A stretch of DNA of 64,000 nt, from positions 20,770,001-20,834,000 of the forward strand of contig CATNEN010000001.1 of assembly GCA_950097015.1 (NCBI GenBank), written 5' to 3'. Made by a program: the position numbers and the translations under genes. The DNA comes from Macrostomum hystrix. Lineage: Eukaryota; Animalia; Platyhelminthes. Below the pieces are notes generated by a model. It searched no databases. It was given only the letters and a program-made list of their open reading frames with translations, and was not told where the DNA came from. Positions 9,490 to 21,700 of the stretch are shown here, piece after piece. How positions within the stretch are numbered: the stretch's first letter is position 1; each line of letters begins with the position of its first letter.

Positions 9490-11174
9490 AATCGTCGGTA
9501 TAGGATCAGTGCCTCACAAAGGCCTTGGTGGATATTGTGTACTGACAGATTCTCACTTCTCCGGAAAACTATTGATTCATTGACTCAACTTGATTTCAGA
9601 CACTCAGACTTTGCCTCTCTGAAAGTGTCTTACAATTCCCGCATGGAAATTGGAGTTATTCTGTTCAGTATTCAGTGTACAACAGATATTTGATGTTTTT
9701 AAACTGACTTCTTTTCACATTGAAGACATCTCTTCTGCGCTTGTTTATTCAAGAACTTTTTGTCACTTTTTTATGTCACATATTACTATAGATATTACTA
9801 TACATATTACTATAGATTTCCGGTTTACTCTTTGTTAACCGCCTCTTGCATAGTGTAAGATAAAGTTTGTTGTTTTTTATATTAAAGTCATGCTTTACCT
9901 CACAAACCCGCTGCTGACATGCGAGCACATGTGTTGACAATTTGTTGTCGAGTTCATTTTCTGCTTGAAAGTTCAGGCAACAGTCTACGTTTCTAGATTT
10001 GCAGAAAAGTTATCTCTCAGCATAGCCGTTTGTTTGTGTCAGTGACAATTAGACCGGAAAGTGACAGAATAAGGTGCGAATTTTAGGGAAAATTGCCCCA
10101 GCCAACGAGTGGTGCTTCTATATTTTATGTTCCTATTTATTTTCAGTCAATGGACATCAAGGCGAGCACACCTACCCTAACTACAATATGCTCTGTTCGG
10201 TGATCAAAATGGATATTTTAACATTTTATATAATTATAAAATCTAATATATAATATAGAACTTTTCTAAATTCGGTGTTCGATTTCGCATGCATTTTTCT
10301 AAGAAAATTAGACCTAGTATTCCAGTGGTCAGCTTTCAACCTCTGAGCGATTTAGAGTTGGGATTTGGAATCCCAGACCAACTGAGAAATGCATCTTTTT
10401 GAGTAAGATGCTCACTTCAAGAGAATGAGCTGGAGTAGGAATTCAGGTCGGTGTGGCGAGCCCTACTGTCCGCGGACTGTTTTTTCATTTTTATTCTGTA
10501 GCCTTTGGACCGCAGGCAAATCAACTGATTCTTAGTTTCGCTGCCACCAACTCTCCTGTCCTTCACCCAATCACCCAATACTATCTACAATACATTTCAG
10601 ATTTCATCCTTGATTTGTGACCGAAAAATGACATTCAAAGCAGCACTGAATTTCTGCATAGTGCTTCAAATGTCATTTAGCTTGGGTGTGTTGCCTTCTG
10701 CTTCTGGTCAGTTGTCGAGTTGAATTCTATTTGATTATAAAGTGTCTGTGACTTCTTATTGTAATGATAACACTTTTAGATGACACTGAATTATCGAGGC
10801 TGAGGAGAGCCGCCTGCAGTGCTGGCGACTGCCAGAATGGAGGCGTTTGCTGGCCGGGTCCTGTGACTGCAGCTACGCCTCCGTGCCTGTGTCCTCTGGG
10901 CTACACTGGCGCCTACTGCACTGTTGTTGATCCTAGTACAGTTGACTACTGCGCACCCGGACTCGACAACCCCTGCAAAAACGGAGCCACCTGCAACCGA
11001 ATGGCCGTCAGTCCCTTCTACAGCTGCAGCTGCGTTCCAGGATTCTCTGGTAAAACAATAAATTTATTCGTCGATATGTATATACATATTTTTATGCTGA
11101 TGAAGAGTCTCAAACGTACTATCGATTAAAATAATTGCATATTTTATTCTTTGGTTTATTTTCTGTCATCTTGA

Positions 11175-11538
11175 GGGGGTCGTTGGCAGAGCGGTTATCG
11201 CGTTTGCCTCTCGCACCAAGTTCCCTAAGTTCGATTCCACGGCGAGGCCAAATTTATTTGGGGCGCAGCCGCAGAGTGAAGGCTTTGGGGGCTTGTCGTG
11301 CAATTTTCGCCATTGAGGGCCCACCTCCAAGGCACAGTGAATGTGTACAATGCCGATGATAAAGTCAGGGCAGATGTACACACCTGTGTGAGCGTGTGCC
11401 TGCGTAAAGTTTCTGTGTGCGTGTGCTCAGGAGTCAGCAAAATGGGCAGAATTGCCTCCTCGCCTCCTGCGGGTCTAGTGTCACCAAATGATGTGCCATT
11501 GCCCGCAGCCCTCCTGCAATTATTATTATTATTATTAT
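11175..11538 (+). mobile_element. tRNA-derived SINE (family 1), full-length-looking copy
   Basis: GGGGG start, A-box-like TGGCAGAGCGG, B-box GTTCGATTCC, (TTA)n tail, flanking TCTGTCAT target-site-duplication-like match. Related copies occur elsewhere in the window. Confidence 0.85.
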
Positions 11539-11797
11539 CTGTCATATTTTGTCATATTTGTGACCATTTTCGGTGACTAAATGTCCTAATGTCCAAGTCC
11601 TAAGTTCATAGATCTAAATTTTTAGACAAGTACTCTCAGTCAAAGCTTTGAAAGATCAAAACATTTGCATATTATTTACATGAAATTCCACTAAACTTGC
11701 TAACTGCTCGTGTCTATGTGGAAAACAGTGGTAGCATTGGGAATGAACTAGAACTTCATAAGAAAAATATGTAGTAAGTTGTTAAAAGCAAAGTTTA

Positions 11798-11930
11798 AAG
11801 GGTAGAGTGAGGAGGGTATCTGGAGGGGTAGTGTGAGTAAAGTAGTAGTGACGAGGGTAGAGGGAGGAGGGTAGTCTCTGGGGGATAGAGTCTGGAGGTT
11901 CGAATAAGGTAGGTAGAGTGGAATCGAGTG
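11798..11930. repeat. Degenerate 14-bp G-rich minisatellite relic in gene B intron 2
   Basis: GGGTAGAGTGAGGAGGG-like units at the position homologous to the arrays in A, C and C'. Confidence 0.7.
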
Positions 11931-12399
11931 GATTTTCAAGTCAGTCATTTTGAAGCTGATGAGAATGAGCTCATCTTCTGATGCTTTGAACATTGCTGCT
12001 TGGTAACCGAATAAGTATGTGATGATGTCCCGAATTAGCAAAAAATATTTTTAAGTCAAGGTTGACATGAAAAACACGCAATACTTTTAAACAACCTCAG
12101 GCTACAACTGCGAAATCAACATCGACGACTGCGCCAGCCGGCCCTGCATCAACGGCCAGTGCACAGACCTGGTGAACAGCTACAACTGCAGCTGCTACAG
12201 CGGCTGGGAGGGCTCCAACTGCGGCACCAACCATGACGACTGCTTCGCTGGCGCCTGTGTCAACGGAGGTCGTTGTGTGGACGGCAACGGAACGTGAGGG
12301 CGGTTCATATCTGATTGCACTATCAAACTATTACAAGAGTATATGTCTGGGTACGCATTCGAAATAGTAGTGGCTACAATCCATGGAAATTCTGGCAAA

Positions 12400-12605
12400 G
12401 TGGTTTGAGTCCTGACTTTTGAGTTGGTGGTCAAAAGCTCGAATTTCGGCCCTACTTAAACAGATCGACTCCTCAAAACTTAATTCCCGAGTTCTTCAGT
12501 TTACCCCACTGTGAAATCCTGTAAAATCCTGTTCTGTAAATACATCAGCTGGGGTAGAAATTTAAGTGGGTGTGGCGGCCCCTTAGTCCACGGACTGAAC
12601 AGCTT
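12400..12605 (+). mobile_element. Degenerate SINE-like relic (family 2)
   Basis: CAGCTGGGGTA...GTGTGGCGGCCC...GTCCACGGACTGAACAGC resembles ~10425-10480 and the reverse complement of ~18025-18090. Confidence 0.45.
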
Positions 12606-15354
12606 AATACACAGCCTGTACACACAGTACACAGTCAAAATCAATTATCCAATAAATATCTTCTTAAGGTTTATCTGTGAATGCCCAGACTCTGGATTCT
12701 CTGGCAGCAGGTGCGAAATCATTTGTTTCGGCTGCGCACCGAATCCCTGCAGAAATGGAGCCACCTGTGTTGATGGTCTCAGAGATTACTCATGCGTGTG
12801 CCACGACGGCTATACTGGTAAAACCTGTTCCGCTGACATTGTGGACTGCAATCCCAACAAGTGCCAGAACGGTGGAGTTTGCTATGAACGCAGCAACCAG
12901 GCTCTGTACAAAAGCGCATTGTTGCCACCTCCGTTCAACGGCTCCTTCAGCTACTCGCTGGCAGCTGGCTTCGTGTGCGTCTGTCCGACTGGTGAGCGGC
13001 CTCAGGTCGATTTGGCTTCGATCAACAAAATTCAGCATCTATTGATGGAGACCTGTAATAGCATAAATTGTAGTCGGCTACAGATAAGCACTTTCATTAC
13101 AGTAAAAAATTCAAAAAACTAAGTTGCAAAAAATGCCATATATCCGTTTCTACCAATCAACCTTTCAAGACTTGGTTAAAGCGAACCTTAAGTTCATTTA
13201 TTTAATACGAGCCTATTATTGCTAGAAATCGCACAAAACACCAAAACCAGGTTTCTATGGGGAACTGCGTGCTGCCTGGCACCAACCAGAGCGTGTGCGC
13301 TCACGCCTCGAGCTGCACGGACGGCCTGGCCTCATTCACCTGCCACTGCCTGCCCGGATATGAGGGCGCCAACTGCTCGGTGGACATCAACGAGTGCGAG
13401 CTGTTCCGTCAGCCGTGTCGCAACGGAGCTGTCTCTGCAAGGACCTGCTGGCTGACTATGCCTGCACCAACTGCCCGTCAGGGTTCGGCGGCAAGAACTG
13501 CAGCGTCAGGCTGACCGGCTGCGACTCCACGCCGTGTCGGAATGGCGCCACCTGCGAGCCGGTTCTCTTGAGGGAGCTGCCGACACCTGAGCACGGACAC
13601 CTGAGCACAACTATCGGTGCATCTGCGACTCAGAATCAGACTTTGGTGGCCGCGACTGCTCCGTGCGGCTTCCGTCGTTCTCATTCGGACTGAGTGGCAA
13701 CGTGTCCTCAGCGAGCTTCTCGTCTCTGCCTTCCGCTTTAAGTGCGTCTATTGGTGACTCATGGACAATCGAGCTGAGGCTGGTGACTTTGTCTCCGGGA
13801 GCGTTTCTGATGCTGCTGGGGAATTTGAGCGAAACAGCCGACACGGCTCGACTTCTTGTCTCTGTGAGTTCAAGAGCTGTGAAAGCCTTGCCGAAAAACC
13901 CTTTCAGAAAGAGTCGAACTCTCAAAGAGTCGAAGCATATGATCGAGTTTCTTACAAAGCAAAATGAGGTCAGACGGCTCTGTCGAATCTCTTTGGGACC
14001 ATCAGATCGATGCCGCGGGTCGTCTCTCCGCCCAGCTGCTGCTCAGCAACGGCTCCCAGATTGCATCGCTGACATCTCCTGACTCGGTGGCCACTGGCAG
14101 GTTTGTCTATGTGAAGATCTCCGTGTCGATCTCAGGTCGCGCGTTGTCTCTGACGGTGGCGTCGGCTGTGAGGTCGGCATCGCTGAGCAGTGCGGCTCCC
14201 GTGCCGCAGCTGTCGGGCCAGCTCATCATCGGCGGCTTCAGCGGAGCTCCTTCAGCCCCAGCTCCTCGACCGGTTCCCGGAGGAAAGAAACGACTGAAAC
14301 GGTCCGCGCCAGCACTTCCAGGCAGTGTTGCTTCGTCAGTTCCGCCAGGCTACACAGCCTTCAGCGGAGTTATTGCTGCTCCTCGACTGAACCGGGACAT
14401 GCCGCTGATTCTTGGCCCCGTGACATCCAGCTTGCTCGACGGCCTTCCAGGGGCGATCGCTGCGAGCGACTCGACCTCGGTAGTCGAGGGATTGGCGGTC
14501 ACAAGGCTCTGCGACACTTTTGCACCATGCAAGAATGGAGGAAAATGCGTTGATGGCTTCTACTACACATATTCGTAAGGCAGTGAATTTTGAGCACCTT
14601 GTTTCTATGACAATTGAATGTATATCTGTGATGTTTTTACCTGTACCCCGCAGCTGTCAATGTCACAAGGGATTTTCTGGTGTGAATTGTTCTGAGGACT
14701 TTCCCGACTGCAATCCGAATCCGTGCCAGACCGACGAAGTCTGTTTGGAGAGAAGCGACTCATTGAACTACAACCTGCGATTTCTTCCCTGGCCGTTTAA
14801 TGAGCCGTTCAGATATGAACTGGCTACTGGTTTCAAGTGCATCAAATCGTATGGTTCGTTGTGAAGTTTTTGTTTAATCCCGCACCTTCAGGGGCTCACA
14901 CTTTTAGACGAGTTTGAAAATTCTGCATGACAATAATCTTACAGGCTCCTTAGCCAAGTCAGATTTCCGCAGCTCCGGCTTCTTCTACGCAACCCTGGTC
15001 TTGTCGGCGGGCATGATTTGTTCAATCATCTTGGCTGGCATTGTTTTAGCCTTCCTATTTCGCTCGGTGAGAAAAATGTTGCTTTCGTTTTTTAGCATTC
15101 GTTCTTTCAAATGTTTTCCTTGCTAATTTATAGAATTGATGTAATATATGAGGGAGGCTGTTAATATTCTGGTAATACTCGCGCACTACGGCTGTTTTAC
15201 ATACTTTGTGTTGTAATAATTGATTTCGCACTAATGCTCAGACACAGGCGCTTGATTTCACTCCACACAGCAAAATTGAAAGTGAACCTAATGTGCAGGT
15301 GCTTGGGTTAAAAATATAATAGCTTAAAAATGTCTTGATTGAAAAATTCTTCTC

Positions 15355-17362
15355 AATCCCATCCTCCTCACTCCCCATCGTCCTCACTCCCCATCCTCCT
15401 CACTCCCCATCCTCCTCACTCCCCATCCTCCTCACTCTCCATCCTCCTCACTCCCCATTCTCCTCACTCCCCATTCTCCTCACTCCCCATCCTCCTCACT
15501 CCCCATCCTCCTCACTCCCCATCCTCCTCACTCCCCATCCTCCTCACTCCCATTCTCCTCACTCCCCATCCTCCTCACTCCCCATCCTCCTCACTCCCCA
15601 TCCTCCTCACTCCCCATCCTCCTCACTCCCCATTCTCCTCACTCCCCATCCTCCTCACTCCCCATCCTCCTCACTCCCCATCCTCCTCACTCCCATTCTC
15701 CTCACTCCCCATCCTCCTCACTCCCCATCCTCCTCAATCCCATCCTCCTCACTCCCCATCGTCCTCACTCCCCATCCTCCTCACTCCCCATCCTCCTCAC
15801 TCCCCATCCTCCTCACTCCCCATCCTCCTCACTCTCCATCCTCCTCACTCCCCATTCTCCTCACTCCCCATTCTCCTCACTCCCCATCCTCCTCACTCCC
15901 CATCCTCCTCACTCCCCATCCTCCTCAATCCCATCCTCCTCACTCCCCATCGTCCTCACTCCCCATCCTCCTCACTCCCCATCCTCCTCACTCCCCATCC
16001 TCCTCAATCCCATCCTCCTCACTCCCCATCGTCCTCACTCCCCATCCTCCTCACTCCCCATCCTCCTCACTCCCCATCCTCCTCACTCTCCATCCTCCTC
16101 ACTCCCCATTCTCCTTACTCCCCATTCTCCTTACTCCCATCCTCCTCAATCCCGTTCTCCTCACTCCCATTCTCCTCACTCCCCATACTACTCACTCCAA
16201 TCCTCCTCATTCAAATCCTCCTCCCTCCCCATCCTCCTCACTCCCCATACTACTCACTCCAATCCTCCTCATTCAAATCCTCCTCCCTCCCCATTCTCCT
16301 CACTCCCCATACTACTCACTCCAATCCTCCTCATTCAAATCCTCCTCCCTCCCCATCCTCCTCACTCCCCATCCTCCTCACTCCCCATCCTCCTCACTCC
16401 CCATCCTCCTCACTCCCCATCCTCCTCACTCCCCATCCTCCTCACTCCCATTCTCCTCACTCCCCATCCTCCTCACTCCCCATCCTCCTCACTCCCCATC
16501 CTCCTCACTCCCCATCCTCCTCACTCCCCATCCTCCTCACTCCCCATCCTCCTCACTCCCCATCCTCCTCACTCCCCATTCTCCTTACTCCCCATTCTCC
16601 TTACCCCCATCCTCCTCACTCCCTATCCTCCTCACTCCCCATCCTCCTCACTCCCATTCTCCTCACTCCCCATCCTCCTCACTCCCCATCCTCCTCACTC
16701 CCATTCTCCTCACTCCCCATCCTCCTCACTCCCCATCCTCCTCACTCCCCATCCTCCTCACTCCCCATCCTCCTCACTCCCCATCCTCCTCACTCCCCAT
16801 CCTCCTCACTCCCCATCCTCCTCACTCCCCATTCTCCTTACTCCCCATTCTCCTTACTCCCATCCTCCTCAATCCCGTTCTCCTCACTCCCATTCTCCTC
16901 ACTCCCCATCGTCCTCACTCCCCATCCTCCTCACTCCCCATCCTCCTCACTCCCCATCCTCCTCACTCTCCATCCTCCTCACTCCCCATTCTCCTTACTC
17001 CCCATTCTCCTTACTCCCATCCTCCTCAATCCCGTTCTCCTCACTCCCATTCTCCTCACTCCCCATACTACTCACTCCAATCCTCCTCATTCAAATCCTC
17101 CTCCCTCCCCATTCTCCTCACTCCCCATACTACTCACTCCAATCCTCCTCATTCAAATCCTCCTCCCTCCCCATTCTCCTCACTCCCCATACTACTCACT
17201 CCAATCCTCCTCATTCAAATCCTCCTCCCTCCCCATTCTCCTCACTCCCCATACTACTCACTCCAATCCTCCTCATTCAAATCCTCCTCCCTCCCCATCC
17301 TCCTCACTCCCCATACTACTCACTCCAATCCTCCTCATTCAAATCCTCCTCCTCACTCCCCA
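15355..17362. repeat. 16-bp minisatellite (CTCCCCATCCTCCTCA)n with higher-order variant blocks
   Basis: ~2 kb tandem array between gene B and gene C. Confidence 0.97.
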
Positions 17363-18019
17363 TGAGACATGAGACATTAGAGACCTCGCCTTGATGCCCC
17401 TGGCCAGTTTCTGGTCGGCGTTCTATAACAACAATTTTTTGTCTCTATACAATGAAAACTACCCGTTTGTCTGTTTGCAACACGGGGTGCTTGCGGCCAC
17501 CCGATCTTGTTGCTTATTCTGGACAAGGGTGTGTCATGAGTCATTGCTTTCACAGGCTGTTTCTCAGCTGATGTTTTTTATAACGAGTTGCTATTCCTGG
17601 ATGCAGCGATACACTCGTTTCTTTAGAAAAATACTTTATTTGCAGTGGCTATTAATTTAGCTATTAATAGAAACATAACCTACTTCTTATGGTATTTATA
17701 ATTCTCACTTCATGTCTGACAGGTCCGAAAGGCCCTACCTTACCGCAGCTTTAACTTGTTATTTAATAAAGTTTTAGTCGGCACTCACACATCCATATCT
17801 CCGCCACTGCTACTGGAGCACCTGCTGACTCAGAGAAGGAAGACTGTCGTTTACTAGCAAACGTAAATTCCATTTGATTATTTTCAACAGGGGATATTGA
17901 ATGCTGATCCTGGAGGATTTTATTTGGAAGACATAGAGCCAACACTAATTGGCACTAATGCCAACATTAGTGCCCTGAAGTTCCAATGCTCTCTGTTCTG
18001 TAGTCGCTCGTCTGAAGGC

Positions 18020-18215
18020 AGCGTACAGCTGTTCAGCCCATAGACTGGTAGGACGGAACACCAACCCCCTTAATTACCCCAGCTAATGCTGGTACCCATA
18101 TAACAGCTGGGTGAACTGAAGCAATGTAGACTCATGTGTCTTGCTATAGGACACAAATTGTCCCAATTGACCCAAGAACCAAACCCACCTCCAATTTTCA
18201 AGTAGTGAGTCCGAC
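18020..18215 (-). mobile_element. Degenerate SINE-like relic (family 2)
   Basis: Reverse complement reads GTGTCCTATAGCAAGACAC...TTCACCCAGCTGTTATATGGGTACCAGC, resembling the conserved central domain of many invertebrate tRNA-SINEs. Confidence 0.55.
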
Positions 18216-18700
18216 GAGTTTATCTAAAACTAGATAACAGATCCCCTCATTATACAAATTCATGATTATGATTATACAAATAGTCTGATGCGAAACGTTT
18301 ACCTAGACCTGAGTTCACAATCACACGAGACTCTAAGTCTTTTAAAGTCTTTTGAAGGCTGACCTTTCTCTAACGCGAGGAAGAATCCATAAAACTTTGA
18401 GCACTTGAAAGACTTAAGGATTTTTTACCATGGTTTTACGAGGTGCCCTGAAATAAAGCAATTTAACAATGCTGGGGGTTTAAATGCACTGAAAAACTTT
18501 TTGAGTGCATCTTCCATATTCGTTTCTTTTTCTCTGATTGATTTATTGATTTTCTTTCTTGAATTTTTTTAAATATTTGGCAAAACTATTTTCAGTGATT
18601 GGTTCATTTTAAGCGTTAAATATATTTTATGACTAACTTCCAAACGACCTGCCTCTCTTGGCTTCATCAGGTGCATCTGCGTCCTGGCCACAAGTGCGCA

Positions 18701-21700
18701 ATGCAGCAGAGAACTCTGCAGGTCTGGCTCCTACTGACAATCTCATTGTCATGCACTTCTGCCGTGTCAGTACCGACTGAGCAGTCTTCAGGTGAGTTCA
18801 TTAGGCAGGCTTCTCAAGGCGTTGCCAGTTGTCAAAAGTTTCACTGAGATCGGTGAGCATTTTGCCTGGCCTCTCATTTCAGATGTCGATGAAGCTGAAG
18901 CCACATTGGCGAGGCTGAGGAGAGCCGCCTGCAGTGCTGGCGACTGCCAGAATGGAGGCGTTTGCTGGCCGGGCACTGTGACTGCGAGTACGCCTCCGTG
19001 CCTGTGTGCTGATGGCTACACGGGCACCTACTGCACTGTTATTGTTCCTGGTGCAGTGGACTACTGCGCACCCGGACCAGGGCCTACCTGCAAAAACGGA
19101 GCTACCTGCAACCGAATCGCCGTCAGTCCCTTCTACAGCTGCAGCTGCGTTCCCGGATTCACAGGTAAACAATCCCTTTGTCTATCCCTTTGTCCCTTTG
19201 TCTTTGTTTATCTATATACTCGTATTATTTTCATACTTAATTGGCGAATAGTATCTTTACAAATATATATTTATTTTCATTTCTATGTAATGCGAGTGCA
19301 TTAGGCGACAGAGAAAGTTTGGTTGATTATACTCGTCTTAAGCAATCTCTCGGACAAAGCTCTAATGGATCACGACAAATTTTCTATCACGAAAGTCTAC
19401 TAAACTTGCTAGCCGTCCTTATTCATACGAAAAATATTAATAGTAGAAGAATTAATGGAGCAAATAGGAAAGACAAAAGAAAATAGAACTGCTGGTTTGA
19501 AAGTACATTGTAAATTACATTGTAGAGTGTGGAGTTTCGGCTCAGGACGGTTGAAGAAGGAGGCTAGAGTGAGGATAGAAGAGGATAGACTGAGGAGGGT
19601 AGACTGAGGAGGGTAGACTGAGGAGGGTAGAGTAAGGAGGGTAGAGTGAGGAGGGTAGAGTAAGGAGGGTAGACTATGGAGGGTAGTGTGAGGCGAGTAG
19701 AGTGATGAAGGTAGAGTGAGGAGGGTAGAGTGAGGAGAGTAGAGTGAGGAGAGTAGAGTGAGGAGGGTAGGTTGAGGAAGCTAAACCAGGAGTGTTTCTC
19801 TGCTTAATGAATCAAAATTGCCAACCTAATTCAGCCAGAGCACCATTTCTGTGTGTTTAATTTGGACTGACTTGAAGTATCGATTAGCAGATCCTAAAAT
19901 TTCTGATCGGTAAGCTCTATTTGGCTCCTGCCCCAAGGTCCCAGTCTCCATGAAACGAAAGCTCCCCAGGCCTATGCAATTTTCGATAATGGCTGTGCAG
20001 AAAAAATGAAATTTCTGCGCTTCTCTGTCTGAAATGCCGCTTGCTTTCTTAGGAGTTTATGTGAAACCTCTGTGATCGCTGCACAGAAGTCTGTGTTCTT
20101 TTTGAGTGGACATTGCAGATCAGAAGCCTTTTTTTCTTTATTGACTTCTAGCTTATGACTGTTGCAGAACTCTGCCACTTGTCAAGGCCGTTTTGCAATT
20201 CTGTCAGGTCTTCACCACAGATACGCGCTCGTATACTAGATAAATGATCACAATAAAACCAGATTGGTTGATAAATTGTGCCTAGCGGGTAACATGGACA
20301 ATAGCAATGGAGATAGGGGGCCGCCTTGCTTGAACCCCTTAGTGACTTGACAAGCCTCAGAGCTGTATATTCCTAAACACCACACCCCCAGGCACGAGAG
20401 CCGACACAGAAAATGCGGCAGAAAACGAGCTCGAAAACGAGACTGTCTATGGCCCAGACAGGATACATACAGTACTATTTGCACATAAAACAATTATAAT
20501 GCAGGAAATAGCAAAAACAATTTTACAACACGCAGCGCGAGATAGACACACTGGGCACATAGTGGGTACCCGCTTAGATAAACCCAGCACAAGGCGGTGG
20601 GGTGGGTGCCTGAGGTGGGTGTTTACACCCAATCAGCGAGTGTCGATTGGACACAACATGCTTTCTATAGTATTTAGCTCGCATGGTTGACTTTCAGCTG
20701 CTCTTTCACCGAGTGAGTAAGGTCTGGTGGTGAACCACGCAAAATTTGGCTTTTTTAGAATGTCATCTTTCTTAGAATTAAAATTAGTAGGGTTTCAATT
20801 AGATCGGCCACGTATATTACCACTGGACTAGCTGATTGTACAAGTAAGTTACGGGCTGTAATATTTATTTATTTATTTTTTGTAAATGAAGCAATCTTAA
20901 ATTCGGTGAAGCAACATGTTTTGCAAGATATATTAAAAAGACAGCATTAGATCTGCTTCCAATAAAGATTTATCAACATTTTATTGCGAAATACGTAAAA
21001 AGTTCCTATCTCGCTAGCGCATTTTTCTGTGAAAATCTGCCTTTAATAAATTTTCCAAGAAACGAAGTGTCCCGTCTTTCGTCTTCTAGTGATCCTTGTG
21101 TCGCCCTTGGCAATCAAGTGTTTGTTTTAAACCGCAGGCTACAACTGCGAAATCAACATCGACGACTGCGCCAGCCGGCCCTGCATCAACGGCCAGTGCA
21201 CAGACCTGGTGAACAGCTACCACTGCAGCTGCTACAGAGGCTGGGAGGGCTTCAACTGCTCAGTTGACACAAACTACTGCCTGCCGTTGCCGTGTCAGAA
21301 TGGAGGCTTGTGCAGCGATGGCAATTCCACGTGAGGCAAAAATGTTTTTTATTACTTCAAATTCGGAGTGACACGCAGTAATGTTTGTAATGAGAGGGTG
21401 GACTGAACAGCCGAAGGCAGTTTTCAGATGCGACGCGCGATAGTTGCGGCTGTGCCGTCGGCTGCACATCATGCACAATTACGGCAGGTGTAACAAATTT
21501 TTTATTAAAAAACCCGGAACAAATTAACAGTTTCACCTGCGACTGCTCGCGCATCGACTTCCAAGGCTACAACTGCAGCTCCAAGATCGACGACTGTCCT
21601 GGTAACAATTGTCAGAACGGAGGCCGCTGCGTTGACGGTGTCAGAAGCTACACCTGCGACTGTACAGACACGGGATTCAAAGGTGCCTTGTGCGAGACCA

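Larger units (their letters stand above)
10628..15066 (+). pseudogene. Gene B: one-LamG family member with frameshifts in exon 5; tail exons not found
   Basis: Exons 10628-10706, 10780-11049, 12101-12293, 12669-12991, 13251-13863, 14006-14574, 14654-14853, 14945-15066 (TM FFYATLVLSAGMICSIILAGIVLAFLF). Exon 5 has frame disruptions at ~13261, ~13433 and a 14-nt duplication at ~13583-13609 relative to paralogues. This could be a true pseudogene or consensus errors. Confidence 0.75.

Noticed and set aside
11175-11250. tRNA gene
   Set aside because: The A/B boxes continue into a repeated SINE body and tail, and I could not fold a convincing cloverleaf.
15335-17372. 676/677-aa Pro/Ser/His/Leu ORFs, and similar ORFs at 1079, 3199, 25542, 28033, 39687, 42236 and 51718
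   Set aside because: They are translations of stop-free minisatellites, open in several frames with a period equal to the DNA unit.
17720-17880. Possible tail exons of gene B
   Set aside because: The candidate phase-0 readings hit stops or lack family motifs, so none could be supported.
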